A DNA stretch of 64,000 nucleotides from Cirrosporium novae-zelandiae. Taxonomy: Eukaryota. The translations under genes and the position numbers were made by a program. Shown one piece after another: positions 1 to 12,770 of this stretch. The notes beneath the pieces are model-generated. The model ran no database searches. It was not told the origin of the DNA and saw only the letters and a program-made list of their open reading frames with translations. The first letter of the stretch is position 1; each line of letters opens with the position of its first letter. The stretch lies in NCBI GenBank assembly GCA_026023565.1, contig JAPETS010000007.1, forward strand, positions 124,001 through 188,000, written 5' to 3'.

Positions 1-1
1 G

Positions 2-3000
2 GATTGTTTTGTCAAGGATACTAAGATTCTTGCTGATGAAACTTCACAATTCAATGGAGATGGCGACAAGACGGAGAAGGACACTGCCAAGGCGAAAATT
101 GATGATCTTCCTTTCTACTGTATCGGTTTCAAATCTGCCGCTCCAGAGTACACCCTCCGAACCCGAATTTGGGCATCCTTACGTTTCCAGACTCTTTACA
201 GAACAATTTCTGGTTTCATGAATTACAGTCGTGCCATCAAACTTCTATATCGTGTAGAAAATCCCGAAGTCGTGCAAATGTTTGGCGGCAACTCGGACAA
301 ACTTGAACGTGAATTGGAACGCATGGCTCGCCGAAAATTCAAGATCTGCGTTTCCATGCAACGATATGCCAAATTTAAAAAGGAAGAGCAAGAAAATGCC
401 GAATTCCTTCTTCGTGCCTATCCCGACCTCCAGATTGCCTACTTGGATGAAGAACCTCCTGTCAATGAAGGCGAAGAGCCTCGCTTGTACTCGGCCCTTA
501 TCGATGGACATTCTGAGATCATGGAAAACGGCATGCGTCGGCCCAAATTCCGCATTCAATTGTCTGGAAATCCTATCCTGGGTGACGGTAAATCCGACAA
601 TCAGAATCATGCTATCATCTTCTACCGGGGTGAATATATCCAACTTATCGACGCTAACCAAGACAATTATCTCGAAGAATGCCTGAAGATTCGTAGTGTT
701 CTCGCTGAATTTGAAGAAATGTCAACAGATAATGTTTCTCCCTACACTCCTGGCGTTGCTCCTGTGAAATTTAACCCGGTCGCTATCCTTGGTGCTCGCG
801 AGTATATTTTCTCCGAGAACATTGGTATTCTTGGTGATATCGCTGCTGGCAAAGAACAAACTTTTGGTACCTTGTTTGCCCGTACTCTTGCCCAGATTGG
901 TGGTAAACTTCATTACGGTCATCCTGATTTCCTGAATGGTACTTTCATGACAACTCGCGGTGGTGTATCTAAAGCCCAGAAGGGTCTACATCTTAACGAA
1001 GATATTTACGCCGGAATGAACGCTCTTCTCCGCGGTGGCCGTATTAAGCATTGTGAATACTATCAATGTGGTAAAGGTCGTGATCTCGGTTTTGGGTCAA
1101 TTTTGAACTTCACTACGAAAATTGGTACTGGTATGGGTGAACAGATGTTGTCTCGTGAATATTACTATCTTGGAACTCAGCTTCCCTTGGACCGCTTTTT
1201 ATCTTTCTACTACGCCCATCCTGGTTTCCATGTCAACAACACGTTCATTATGTTGTCTGTTCAGATGTTCATGATCTGTTGTATCAACTTGGGTGCTCTA
1301 CGTCATGAAACCATTAAATGCCGGTACAATAAGAACGTCCCCATCACCGATCCCCTCAAGCCGACGGGTTGCGCTAATACCTCCCCTATATTGAACTGGG
1401 TTTTCCGTTGCACGTTATCTATCTTTATTGTTTTCTTCATTTCCTTCGTGCCTCTGGTTGTCCAAGAGTTAACAGAGCGTGGATTCTGGCGTGCCGCAAC
1501 TCGTCTTGGGAAACAATTCGGTTCTCTCTCACCCTTTTTCGAAGTATTTGTTTGCCAGATCTATGCCCATGCCCTCCATCAAGATTTATCATTTGGCGGT
1601 GCTCGCTACATCGGTACTGGCCGTGGTTTCGCAACGGCCCGTCTGCCATTTGGTGTCCTCTATTCTCGATTCGCAGGACCATCAATTTACCTTGGTGCTC
1701 GATCATTGATGATGATGCTGTTCTCTACCTTGACAATTTGGACGGTGGCCTTCATTTACTTCTGGGTTACCATGGTTGCTCTTGTTGCATCACCTTTCCT
1801 CTTTAACCCTCACCAATTCTCGTGGAACGATTTCTTCATTGATTACCGTGATTTCCTGCGATGGTTATCCCGTGGCAACTCTCGGTCTCACGCCTCCTCC
1901 TGGATTGGTTTCTGCCGTCTGTCACGTACACGTATCACAGGTTACAAACGCAAAGTTCTTGGAGATCCCTCTCAAAAGCTTTCCGGTGATGTTGCCCGTG
2001 CAAGGTTCAGTAACACCTTCTTCAGTGAAATCATGGGCCCTCTGGTGCTCATCGCAGCTACTTTGATCCCATATCTGTTTATCAATGCGCAAACTGGAGT
2101 GGCGAAGAGTAAGAGTACGGCAACTAATGCTCTCATTCGTGTTGGTCTTGTCGCCTTTGCTCCGATTGGTATCAATGCTGGTGTTGCTATCATGTTCTTT
2201 GCCATGGCTTGCTGTATGGGGCCGCTCCTCAGTATGTGTTGCAAGAAATTCGGTTCCGTTTTGGCTGCTGTCGCTCACGCCCTTGCTGTAATCATGCTAT
2301 TCGTCTTTTTCGAAGTCATGTTCTTCCTCGAGGGTTGGATCTTCACCAAGGCTGTTCTAGGCATGATTGCGGTTGCTGCTATCCAACGTTTCTTTTATAA
2401 GCTGATTATTTCCGCTGTATTGACCAGGGAAATGAAAACGGATACAGCAAACATTGCATGGTGGACTGGTAAATGGTACTCCATGGGCTGGCATACTATC
2501 TCCCAGCCTGGTCGTGAATTTATTTGCAAGATCACGGAATTGGGTTACTTCTCCGCCGATTTCGTCCTAGGCCATATTATCCTTTTCCTCATGCTTCCCG
2601 TTCTGGCCATCCCATACGCCGACAAGTTCCACTCTGTCATGCTTTTCTGGCTTCGACCAAGGCAAGTTTTATTCTTTTACTCCTTGTCCTATTGCTCCTC
2701 ACTAACGTGTCTTTAGTCGACAAATTCGTCCACCAATCTATTCTCTAAAGCAGACAAGGCTTCGACGACGTCGTGTCATCCGATACTCTATCTTGTATTT
2801 CACGATGTTCATCGTGTTTGTTGCCTTGATCGTCGGTCCTATCGTTGCCAGCAAGTTCCTGACCCTCAACTTATCAATCCCGATGGAGTTGCTCCAGCCT
2901 ACTGGCATCGACAACAATGATACATCGAATGCAAATACCGGAACTGCGGCTGGTGGTGGATCGGCTGCAACAGCAACTAGTGCATCGTCATCATCCTCTG

Positions 3001-3023
3001 CTGCGGCCAAATTCTTGTTTTAA
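2..3023 (+). CDS. FKS1: 1,3-beta-glucan synthase catalytic subunit (5' part outside the window; intron 2662-2716)
   Basis: Frame is open from base 2 ([14 protein letters not shown]...[28 protein letters not shown]). GT48 motifs [39 protein letters not shown] and EQMLSRE are present. Splicing 2662-2716 restores [17 protein letters not shown] and the final TM helix. Confidence 0.98.
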
Positions 3024-3889
3024 GTAATTAGATGAAGCTTTTCTGTACAGTGCTGGCTCGCCATGCGCGAGAATGGTCTATCTAAGCTGTCTTAACAGCG
3101 TTAATGATCACCTGTCTATCATGTTTTTCCAACCTTTTTTGTGTCTCGGCGTTTTGTGTCATAGATATTATTGTGATTATTTCCTATTCACTCCTTTGCA
3201 TTGGCTCTGTTTCAAATCTATATCATAACCATTGATGATTGGTTGCCACGTGCACTTGTACTGAACCTACTTTCCCATAGTTTCGGTATGCTCTTCCAGA
3301 GTGACATTTTGAAAGTCCTCTATTTTCCGATTTCAAATCCTTTAGATCAGGCGTTTCTTGTACGTGGCAGTGGTCAATGACTAGCGTAGCAATCGAATTT
3401 GAGTGAAAGCAATAAAGGCTTTGTAATAATCAATGACAAACACGTACCGTGGTCTCAGTCAATATGTAGCATAATATATTTCTAACCCAAAGCAACATCA
3501 GTGTAAATATCCTATTTGCGTTGATTGTACTTTTCCTTGCTATTTATTACAAACCCTGATCATGGCTATGTGAGCTGTACTATGTTAGCATCCTACGACG
3601 CATTGTATCATGATATCTATATTCTCTCCTACAGGCACAAAAACGAGGGAAATAATACGCCCATCTATCTCTCTACTAACTCGGTACTTGCAAGACGTCG
3701 TTGTTCTAGGAACGTTCATCCCACCCGTACAATACTGTACGTTGATATATCACGCAATGCACATCCATAGATGAGGCTGGCTCTTCGGGTACGTGATTCC
3801 ACCTCATCGGCTTTGCCCAAGCAGATCAGTCAGATGGAACGCTTCATTTACATTGACCTATCTAAGTAACCATGTAAGCTACGAACAGG

Positions 3890-4083
3890 TAGAGCGTCTT
3901 CCAATGTCGCACGCTAGTAGGGGTGTCATGTAAGGATTATAATAGGTCAGATAACTATTTTCAGGCAGAGTCAGGCATCAAGTTCTTTGATGAATAACAT
4001 TGAGCCTCAAGATCTTATCATTGGACCAATAAACCTTTCAGCATTACCCCCCCTGCTAGCGTGCGACATTGGAAGACGCTCTA
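3890..4083. mobile_element. MITE, 190 bp (3892-4081), with 26-bp perfect TIRs flanked by TA
   Basis: ta|GAGCGTCTTCCAATGTCGCACGCTAG at 3892-3917 is the exact reverse complement of CTAGCGTGCGACATTGGAAGACGCTC|ta at 4056-4081. No coding capacity. Confidence 0.85.
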
Positions 4084-4622
4084 GGAGATGGGGTAAATAC
4101 AAAAGTCGTACCCTATCCTGACAAGTCAGGCAGCGCCCTCTCCTAATTCCACGCGTTTAGTTTTGCAAGCGCAAGCATTTTGCCGAGGTTTGGCATGCCC
4201 TAATAATATTCCAATTTTATTTCAAGTTAATGCATGAATTACAACTGGAAGCTGTATATGTAGATAGTAAAATTGTCGCCACAACCGAGCTCTATCTAAT
4301 ATAAATATCCTGATATCAGTCTAATACATTATATATTGATATTTGCTATGAACCCTTAACATCCAATTAAAATTTCTAGTTAAAATTTATTGCAAAACGT
4401 TTGCCAATTAATACTGTTACGGACGCCAAGCAACTGCCAATCAACGCTTAATTCCAAAAATTCACAATCCAGTTTCTTTGTGCCCCCCCCCCCCCCTCCC
4501 TATTTCATATCTATACTCATGAAGTCATGAATACCATACCATCTCCCATGACCCGGGGGTATCTCACATATACTTATCTACTGCGCAAAGACAATATCGT
4601 TTGCTCTTTTCGGGGGTCACTG

Positions 4623-6061
4623 TCACCGTTCATGAGATGCAAATTTGAAGACATGACCAGGACAAACTCTTTCAGCGGCGTAGGCCTTATAACGGTCTAG
4701 TAGATCTGTTTGGATTACTTCAGGCTGTGAGACGAAACTGAAATGTGCGACAAGAGCCCGAGTATTCACGTAAGCCGCTGTTTGGGTAAAATATTAGTTG
4801 AAGATCATTTCTAAACATAGTATTAAAGATGTTCTTGATATACCTTTCCCTAACTTCTTGGGTACGTCTACAGTCAGGTACTGCTCGTCCACGTCGGTAA
4901 ATGGAAGGTTGTCCAGCACATCGTCACCCCATATAGCCATGAAGTTAATACTCTGTCTCTGGTAACTAGTCTCCCAAAGACCTTCGTTGTCACCGATATG
5001 ATATAGATGCTGCTGATGTTTTTCAAGATTTTCGAGAAAAGAGTAATGCTGCTGAGCGGCGATGGCCCAACTGTGCCAGGCAAACCCAAATGTTGAGTAG
5101 TCAACGTGCGCCACTGGAGTTCTATATATATCTTGCTTTCGAGGAAGAGGTAGCCAGCGGTGATTGTGACGTGGTGGGCCCCCCTCAGCACCGAGAGGAA
5201 TTGGGATGAAGGGGGTCTCCTTCTGTGGAATAGGAAATGTGTAATCGCTGGGGCCAGTCCAGTAGGGAAGGGAAGAAGCTCGCCATGTCGGATATGCCAT
5301 CGCTGAATGATATGGCTCGGCAATTTCTGGAAGATATGGATGAAGAGCCCCCATACGATAGTGAAGCCAACCTAAGAAAGGACTATTGATGATGTTTGCC
5401 GAAACAACAAATGCTTCTGGATGAGATAGCTTAGTCTCTACAAGTTGAGAGATTGCATCATCATCAATATAAACCTATACCGGATATTAGCTAGCTCGTC
5501 ACAATGCGACAGACACAAGTAAATGCAGGGGTAACATACAACGTCGTCATCAATTTTGATGTACAGAGTACCTCGTTCAACAGTTTGCCATATGCTTTCA
5601 AAGCCTAACTCGTCGAGAGTCACTCTTTTATAGGCAGTCGAGGTTTGGACGAGCTCATCGAGATATTCCAGGTCTTGTTCATCTTTTGTGTTCGCAACCC
5701 ACTCTACGCGATCTAGATAACCCCCATTGATTGCCAGATTCCTCTTTAGATAACAATCTAGAACCTCAACTCTATCTCGTCTTCCGTAGAAGATTAGGCC
5801 AACGACCTTAAACCCTTCGGGTTTCCGATCTCCAAATGGCGTTAAGGGCCACCAAGGTGGTGGTGGTGGACGACTATACCACAAATATATGGCACATGCG
5901 ATAAGGGCTCCGAGCAGGAAGCAAACCATGCGTGGGCCTCGCCAGGAAATGATACGTTTCGGCATTCGGCGCGGCTTGATCAAAGGCGAGGGCAGTTCAT
6001 CCAAATCGAGGACCTCGTGATACCGGCTGTCCTGGCTGGGTGATTGGTTACCAAATAGCAT
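4623..6061 (-). CDS. Uncharacterised fungal type II membrane protein, glycosyltransferase-like (IKIDDDV); 2 introns
   Basis: N-terminal TM (VCFLLGALIACAIYLWY), a Pro-rich stem, GLIFYGRR and YIKIDDDV|VYIDDDAI after splicing. Last exon reads AAYVNTRALVAHFSF...DLLDRYKAYAAERVC to TGA at 4623-4625. Start codon is uncertain. Confidence 0.8.
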
Positions 6062-7452
6062 TGTATCTTGATGGAAGATAGCATAAGCAAGGTCACCGGT
6101 TAGCTCCTGGGGACGTACAAAGAGCATATAGGATGTATGTGCAATGAAAGTAGAAAGGAAGGAAGAATCAGTAACGAAGGATAAAACGAATGGAAGGTGC
6201 CAACACAAACGTTCGCTTGAAAAGAATGTCAGTAGTTAGGGTAGCTGAGGTAAGGGCATGATTAGAGGTGGGAAAAGAAGAAGGAACACAGAAGATTATT
6301 AGATGTAAGATGTTCGAAGAAATTTGGTGGGTAAAGCGCAAGGTGCAAAGTGTGTTAAGTGTAGAGTCCCCGCTGTTAGACTCTCGTGCGGTCAGATCTA
6401 TTAATTAGGTGAGAGCTGAAGTATAGATACAGTGTAGATACGAGGTTGGAGACTGGGAATGTAAGCTACATCCAACAAGGGAATAAGTCGAAATGGTCAT
6501 GACAAATGGTGTCATTTTTGTTTTCAATTTCCACAAGGCAAGGGAAGGGAAGGCAAGGGCAACGGAACTTCCAGGAACGAACTTTTGGGGGAACATTGCT
6601 TAAGTAAACACCTGTCTGCTATTGGAGAGATACTTTATATCTACCAATAGGGTTAGTAGATTTGTTACAATTTCAATGACTTTGTTCTGTAACCTAATAT
6701 TTCAAGGGAGTATGGTTCTGTGAGGTGTTTTTCATGAAACACTCGACTGATAAACAGGCTGTGGCTCGGTGGTACCAAGTCAGAAAAGCTTAGCAAAGGC
6801 TTAGCTTACTACTTTACTACTCCCTTTAAAGCATCCAGGGTTAAAGCTTGACAACAAATCCAAATTCCTTACTGGTTGGAGTTTAACAGTAATATTTCAG
6901 CTTTTCGATATATACGAGAAAACAAGGCAAAATCTCCTGACTATAAGTAAAAGAGGTAAATGGGTTTGGTTGCTCTCGTATTAATTATCTACTCAAATAG
7001 GGAGGTTACCTTAGCACTTTTTACTTGTTCGTATCGACCGAGGTGTTTATTTAGTTGGCTTAGGATGCCCTTTTTTCCTTTTTTCTTTTTATAAATTATA
7101 AATAGAACGCACAGTAAGTAAGATAATTACTCCTGTAAGTACGAACGCAAGTCAGAGAAGTTGGTTCATCGACGTCATTCTCTCAACTCAGCCTAGAGAA
7201 ACTGGCCATTTAAAATATCTGGCCAACCTTCAACTCAAATGCCTGTTCATAATCCAGCCTTGTTAATTACCTAGAGCTATCCTCCCCACGTTAATTACCT
7301 GCCTATGATGTAAACCTTTCCCGTCTCTACCATGGTTTGTAGTGCTTTCTCTACCTTATTAAATTAATTTCAACAACGATCGAAAAAATCTCTATTTCAA
7401 TACATGGAAATTCTAATCCTCTCTATTTATTATTTCTAAAATACTTAGCTCC

Positions 7453-10037
7453 ATGGCATTCAATGCGACACGCCGATTCTCACCTAACTTTTCTCCATCA
7501 ACTCCCCAGAAACCTCTCCCTTCCTTTACTGTTTCTTCAAGACCGCCGACTATCCACGAACATGATGAAACGAGAAATTCTACCAATTCCCACAACGCCA
7601 TCGCTGGTTCCCAACTGCACAGAAAATCTATATTTATTGAAACAGGTTTAAATGATGAATTAATACAATCGCCATTTGTTCCTATCGTATCTACAAAAGA
7701 ACTTTCTTTGCCTCGTTTGGAACAGTATGCCGACAGAAAGCACCCAGCAGTCTCCTCTTTACTTCAATTGACATTAGTGGTATTTGCTATTATCATTGCA
7801 TCGTAAATATTTCACCCATCTTGTTCTATTGGGCTTACCGTATTTAGCGTAACAAGTACTGCGATAAACCTAGAAATGCGAGGCAGAGTGACAGATTCGA
7901 GCCATCTGATTGAGAGAACAGATAGTTCGACTGACATTTGTACCAGATGGAGTCAACAGAGTAAGATACTATGAGTCAATGGCGAGTAATTCAAGAAATG
8001 CTCATGGGTATGGTGTTCAGCGGCAATAGTCAATGGTACCCTCTATTCTTACGGAGGCCGATCAGGGCAGCAACACTTGGAGTAAGAACCCGCACCAAGC
8101 GCATTACACAATTCATACTAATTATATCCAGATAATGATTTTATCACTCTTGATCTAACGAGCTCCTGGCAAATTTCCTCACCTACCCTCAAGGGGCTTA
8201 CAAAACCGTCTGGTCCTCCGGCAGTGGCGAACGGATATCTTTGGAACTCTTACGATTCCCTCTATCTTTATGGGGGCGAGTTTTCTGATAGTCCGATGGA
8301 ATCTCCAGTTGCCTTTGCTCTCTGGGAATATGCCATTTCTTCGTCGACATGGATAGAACATAGCAATCCAAAAACCTCTGCAGGCAACAACTCAGCCCAA
8401 GGTAACCAGGCAATCCAGCGCGCTGCCGAAGGTGCTGGAATTTCAGTGGCCGAACTTGGTCGAGGATGGTATTTTGGCGGCCATCTAGATGAATTCACTA
8501 CAGAAGGATGGTCCAACCAAATCTCCAGGGTATATCTCAAATCTCTGATTGAATATACTTTCCCGGGGTATACAAATAACGGCGTGAACAATATTAGCGG
8601 TGGGCAAGCTGCAGGGAGTGATGGTGTCTGGCGTAATGTGACAGAAGGAGGATTACAAGACGAAGCTGGCTTCACCGAAAGAGCCGATGGTGTTCTAGTT
8701 TATGTTCCTGGGTTTGGAAGCCAAGGAATTATTCTTGGGTTGGCTGGTGGGACTAATGAATCCTTTGTATGATTGGCATACCACCGTTCGTATTTTTTAC
8801 TAACTCGAGTCTACAGACCCAGATGAATGTTATAGATGTCTATGACATTAATAGTTCTACATGGTATAAGCAAGCAACCAGCGGGAGTACGCCTGAAATT
8901 AGAGTCAACCCTTGTGCAGTTGCCGCAAGTGCATCTGATGGATCTTCGACCCAGATCTATCTATATGGAGGTCAGAATCTGATTCCGTATGGAAATCAAA
9001 CGCAGTATGAAGACATGTGGATCTTGACCATACCGAGCTTTACTTGGATTAAAGTCGATATGAGCAATCAGTCAGTGCCACCTGCACGTGCCGGCCATAC
9101 ATGCAATATCTGGGATGGACAAATAGTGGTTGTCGGGGGCTACGTTGGTGCAGATTACAGCTGTGACAGTCCAGGAATTTATGTTTTCAATGCATCAAAT
9201 CTATCCTGGGAAACCTCCTTCACCGCTCTAAGCAATGGAAACACTCAAAATCAGCAGCCATCTCAAGAAAACAGCTCGACTGGTCTTAGTGGCAGCTATG
9301 GTTATACTGTACCTAAAGCTGTTCAATCGGTGATCGGAGGCAACGCACTCGGAAGTGCAACAATTACGACACCTGCCCAAACTGCGACAGCAGGACCATT
9401 AGCGACAGGAAAGCCCATTACATACACTGTCACGCAATCAAACGGCGCGGTGGTCACTGAAACTGGCTCAAACGGTACTGGGGGTGGGGGAGGTAGAAAT
9501 TCAAGCCCTAGCGATGATAGTGGTGTCAATGTGGGGGCTATCGTGAGTTATCATCCTGTTTTGATTGTTTTTGTGTAGTAATTAATATAAAATTAGGTTG
9601 CCGGGGTCATTGCTGGGCTCCTCTTTGTTCTTGCCTTTTATCTTGGCTTCTGTGCTTGGGTTTATCGACGCCAGTTGTCTCTCTACAAGAACCATGTTGC
9701 AATGGCACAACGTGCCACAGCTGCCCCTGGCCTCCACGAAAAGCAGGCTGGCTTTGCATTCCCCGGGTCCTCTGAAGAAGCCTCGTCGGCCCAAAAGAAT
9801 TCTAGTGAGAACACTTTCGGTACTGCGGAGACTAGTGCACAACAGGGAGAATATGAGAGTGTTCCAACAACTTATCCCAATGGCTTACCTTGGGCACCCC
9901 CAGGACGAAGTAGCGGTGATAGGAGCAGTGATCGCAGCAATGGCAGCACTGACGATTTGATGCTGGGACAGGAACCAAGTTTCCTTGGGGTAATGCTGTC
10001 ACCTCGAAGGTCATTGCGTGTGATTAACAGAGACTGA
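7453..10037 (+). CDS. Kelch-repeat single-pass membrane/cell-surface protein (multi-exon; apparent frameshift near 8060)
   Basis: Hydrophobic segment at the end of exon 1, then CTRWSQQ and repeated Kelch motifs LYLYGG, WYFGG, IYLYGG, ARAGHTC..IVVVGG. These are followed by an S/T-rich stalk, a TM (VNVGAIVAGVIAGLLFVLAFYLGFCAWVY) and a tail ending SLRVINRD. Exon 8021-8081 is out of phase. Confidence 0.8.
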
Positions 10038-11090
10038 TCGATTGCCATTGACTACCAATATCCGGGCTTACAAATTTACTAGCTCACCAAAACTACTAAT
10101 TAGTACTTCATCACCTGACCCGTGGCTTACGTCACGTTCTAATTACGACCGTAGGGTGTCTAGGGGAGTAGGTAAATTCTCGGGAAACCTACAGCCATCA
10201 CTCTCGTTGGCAACTTGGTTATGAACTCTGTGGCAGGTTAAACAAGGCATTGCTATATTCTTCTTGTTTTGCAGCGTTGCTGCTCGTCCGTGTTTCGAGG
10301 ATACCCATTTCAAATGCCGTTAGCGTGATATTGATTTATACACATACAGGAAGACTTTCATTTACTTTCCTCGGGGGTAGAGAGAATAACAGGGGAAAAA
10401 ACGATGATGAGTGAAACGAAATGACTCCTAATGAAATATACACACATGGGCTGGGGGCCGGTTTCGATAGGGGGAAATGAAGGATTCTCTAATGGGCTGA
10501 ACAAGTAATGTACACATTATGAATAGGAAGTTTTCAAGCAACAAAATAAAAAGTGGAGGGCTAGTCAATAATGAAAAGATATTACTCAAAAATACACCAA
10601 CTATGATCCTCGGCTAATGTTCCCACGGCGAGATGAGTAACAAAGATTGTTGATATCCGAGCTCGGCCCACTGCTCCGCTCTGACATAGATTTTACTTTG
10701 GTATCTTAGTACAAGAATGGATATTTGATACCCCACCGTGAATTCGAATTCTCAAGCGCACTGCTAAATAAACAATTCCGCTTCTTTAGCGGGATCCTGG
10801 TACGATGGAATATCTCTTTTACCATCCCAACAGAGCTTAGAATCCCACTAACTATGTCATCAGAGCTGTTTTTATTAAACTTATTTTGAAACTTTTCTCC
10901 TCCTGTTTTTTACATATCAATCCACTGTGATTCTTCCCACAATGCTAGATTCCTATGAGTCATCCTAGTTCTTCATAAACTATTCAATTGATTTTTTTTG
11001 TTTCCTTCTCTCTCGCCACCCACACGTCCTTTAACGTATATTTCTATAGTGGAGACAAATAATCTAGCAAATGCTTTCAAGGCAGAAATA

Positions 11091-12770
11091 ATGGTTGGAG
11101 AACCTAGCGTTAAGACGAGCGCCCAGTCTAACGACTTGGAAGCTTGCAACATCAGCCGAATAGATCTTGTGTACAGGTTTGTCGCACTGTATAGTACGCA
11201 TGCATTCACCCGATCAGTCTTTCTAACATCTTGTTCTTCAGGAGACTTGATCGTCGAATAATTCCCGCTCTATGGATCTTATACTTTCTTTGCTCCGCTG
11301 TTCGAAGCCTCCCCGGTCTTGCTCAAACCATGAATGAGGGGGAAAACCATAGCATTGGCCCGGAGCTTAATATAACTACGCACCAAATTTCGACTGGGCT
11401 TGCATTGTTCTATGTCGGTTATGTCGTTTTTGATCTTCCATCGAATCTCATTATGACAAGATTAAGTCCCCGTGTTTGGATGAGTAGGATTGTTATCAGT
11501 GTTGGTATTGTAGGAACTTGCATGACCGCTGCTAAGGCAACGTGGAGTTTCTAGTAAGCTTGGTTTCTTTTGAAGGTGAATGCCATGCTTATTGTTTAGT
11601 TTACTCCGTTTATTACTCGGAGTTGTTGAGGCAGGCATATGGCCGGGACTAAGTTATTACTTGACCCTCTTCTACCCACCATCTCGGATGGGGAAAAGAG
11701 TGGGTTTCTATTTTACTGCAGCGCAAGTGTCAGCTTCGGTTGTAGGTCTGGTCTCTGCAGGATTTCAAAAAATGGACGGACTCCAAGGACTTGTTGGCTT
11801 TCAGTGGATGTTCCTTTTATGGGGTATTCTTACTATCGTTTGCGGTCTGAGTCTCCTTTGGTGGTTACCAGATCGTCCTTTGAGGCCAGGGCAGTTCGCA
11901 GAACGTCGCCAAGGTTGGCGAATATTCCTACCCCAGACCCCACCCGCTCTTCAAGGACAAGAAGCACAAATACACTACCAAGATCTTACGAGAGTTTATC
12001 ATCATGACCCATGGACACTAAAAGATCTTGGCCAGGTCCTCATAGATTGGCGTGTTTGGCCTCTTACAATATGCTACTTTGGTGTTGTGGGTGTTGGTAT
12101 TGGAGTGCAATCCTATGCTACTATTATCATTCAAACTGCTATCCCAAACCTGTCGGGTGTTGATTTGAGCTTGCTATATGCCCCAATCTGGATATGCGAT
12201 CTTATTGCAATCCTCCTTGTCACACCTATATCAGATCGCTTTCACCATCATCGAGCCTTTTTCTTTTCAGTTCCTGTCTGCATCCAGATACTTGGGCTAC
12301 TCCTCACTACTTATGCTGGGAGTCCTGCCCACCCTTGGCCTCGATACGGTGGTTTGCTCATTGTTGGCTTTGGCCTTGGTCCTACTGTTCCTATCATTAT
12401 GACCTGGACAACCGAAATATTCCAGCCTCGTCACGGAGAGGTCGGTGTTGCGGCGGCCTGCGCCATCGTTTCTGGCCTGGGTAACCTTGGGAGCATTTTA
12501 ACAACATATGCTCTTTATGAAGGTTGGAGTGATGATTCTCAATCAGGACCCCACCAATACAGGAAGAGCAATCTCGTTATGGTAGGAATTCTCTGTGGGA
12601 GTATTTTAAGTTCCATCGTCATGACCGTCCTCTTGAAGCTATTTGGTAATAAACCAAAGAATCTATCAAATGGGGGTTCTACAACTGAAGCGGAGGGTGC
12701 AATCGTAGATGGTGCTGCGAGAAGAGAGCTTGAGGAAAGAGGTATCGGGAGACTATGGCGGAAGCATTGA
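11091..12770 (+). CDS. MFS transporter, anion:cation symporter (DAL5/TNA1-like) family; 2 introns
   Basis: RRLDRRIIPALW, LFYVGYVVFDLPSN, RLLLGVVEAG and GFQWMFLLWG motifs; multiple TM helices consistent with an MFS fold. Confidence 0.9.
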
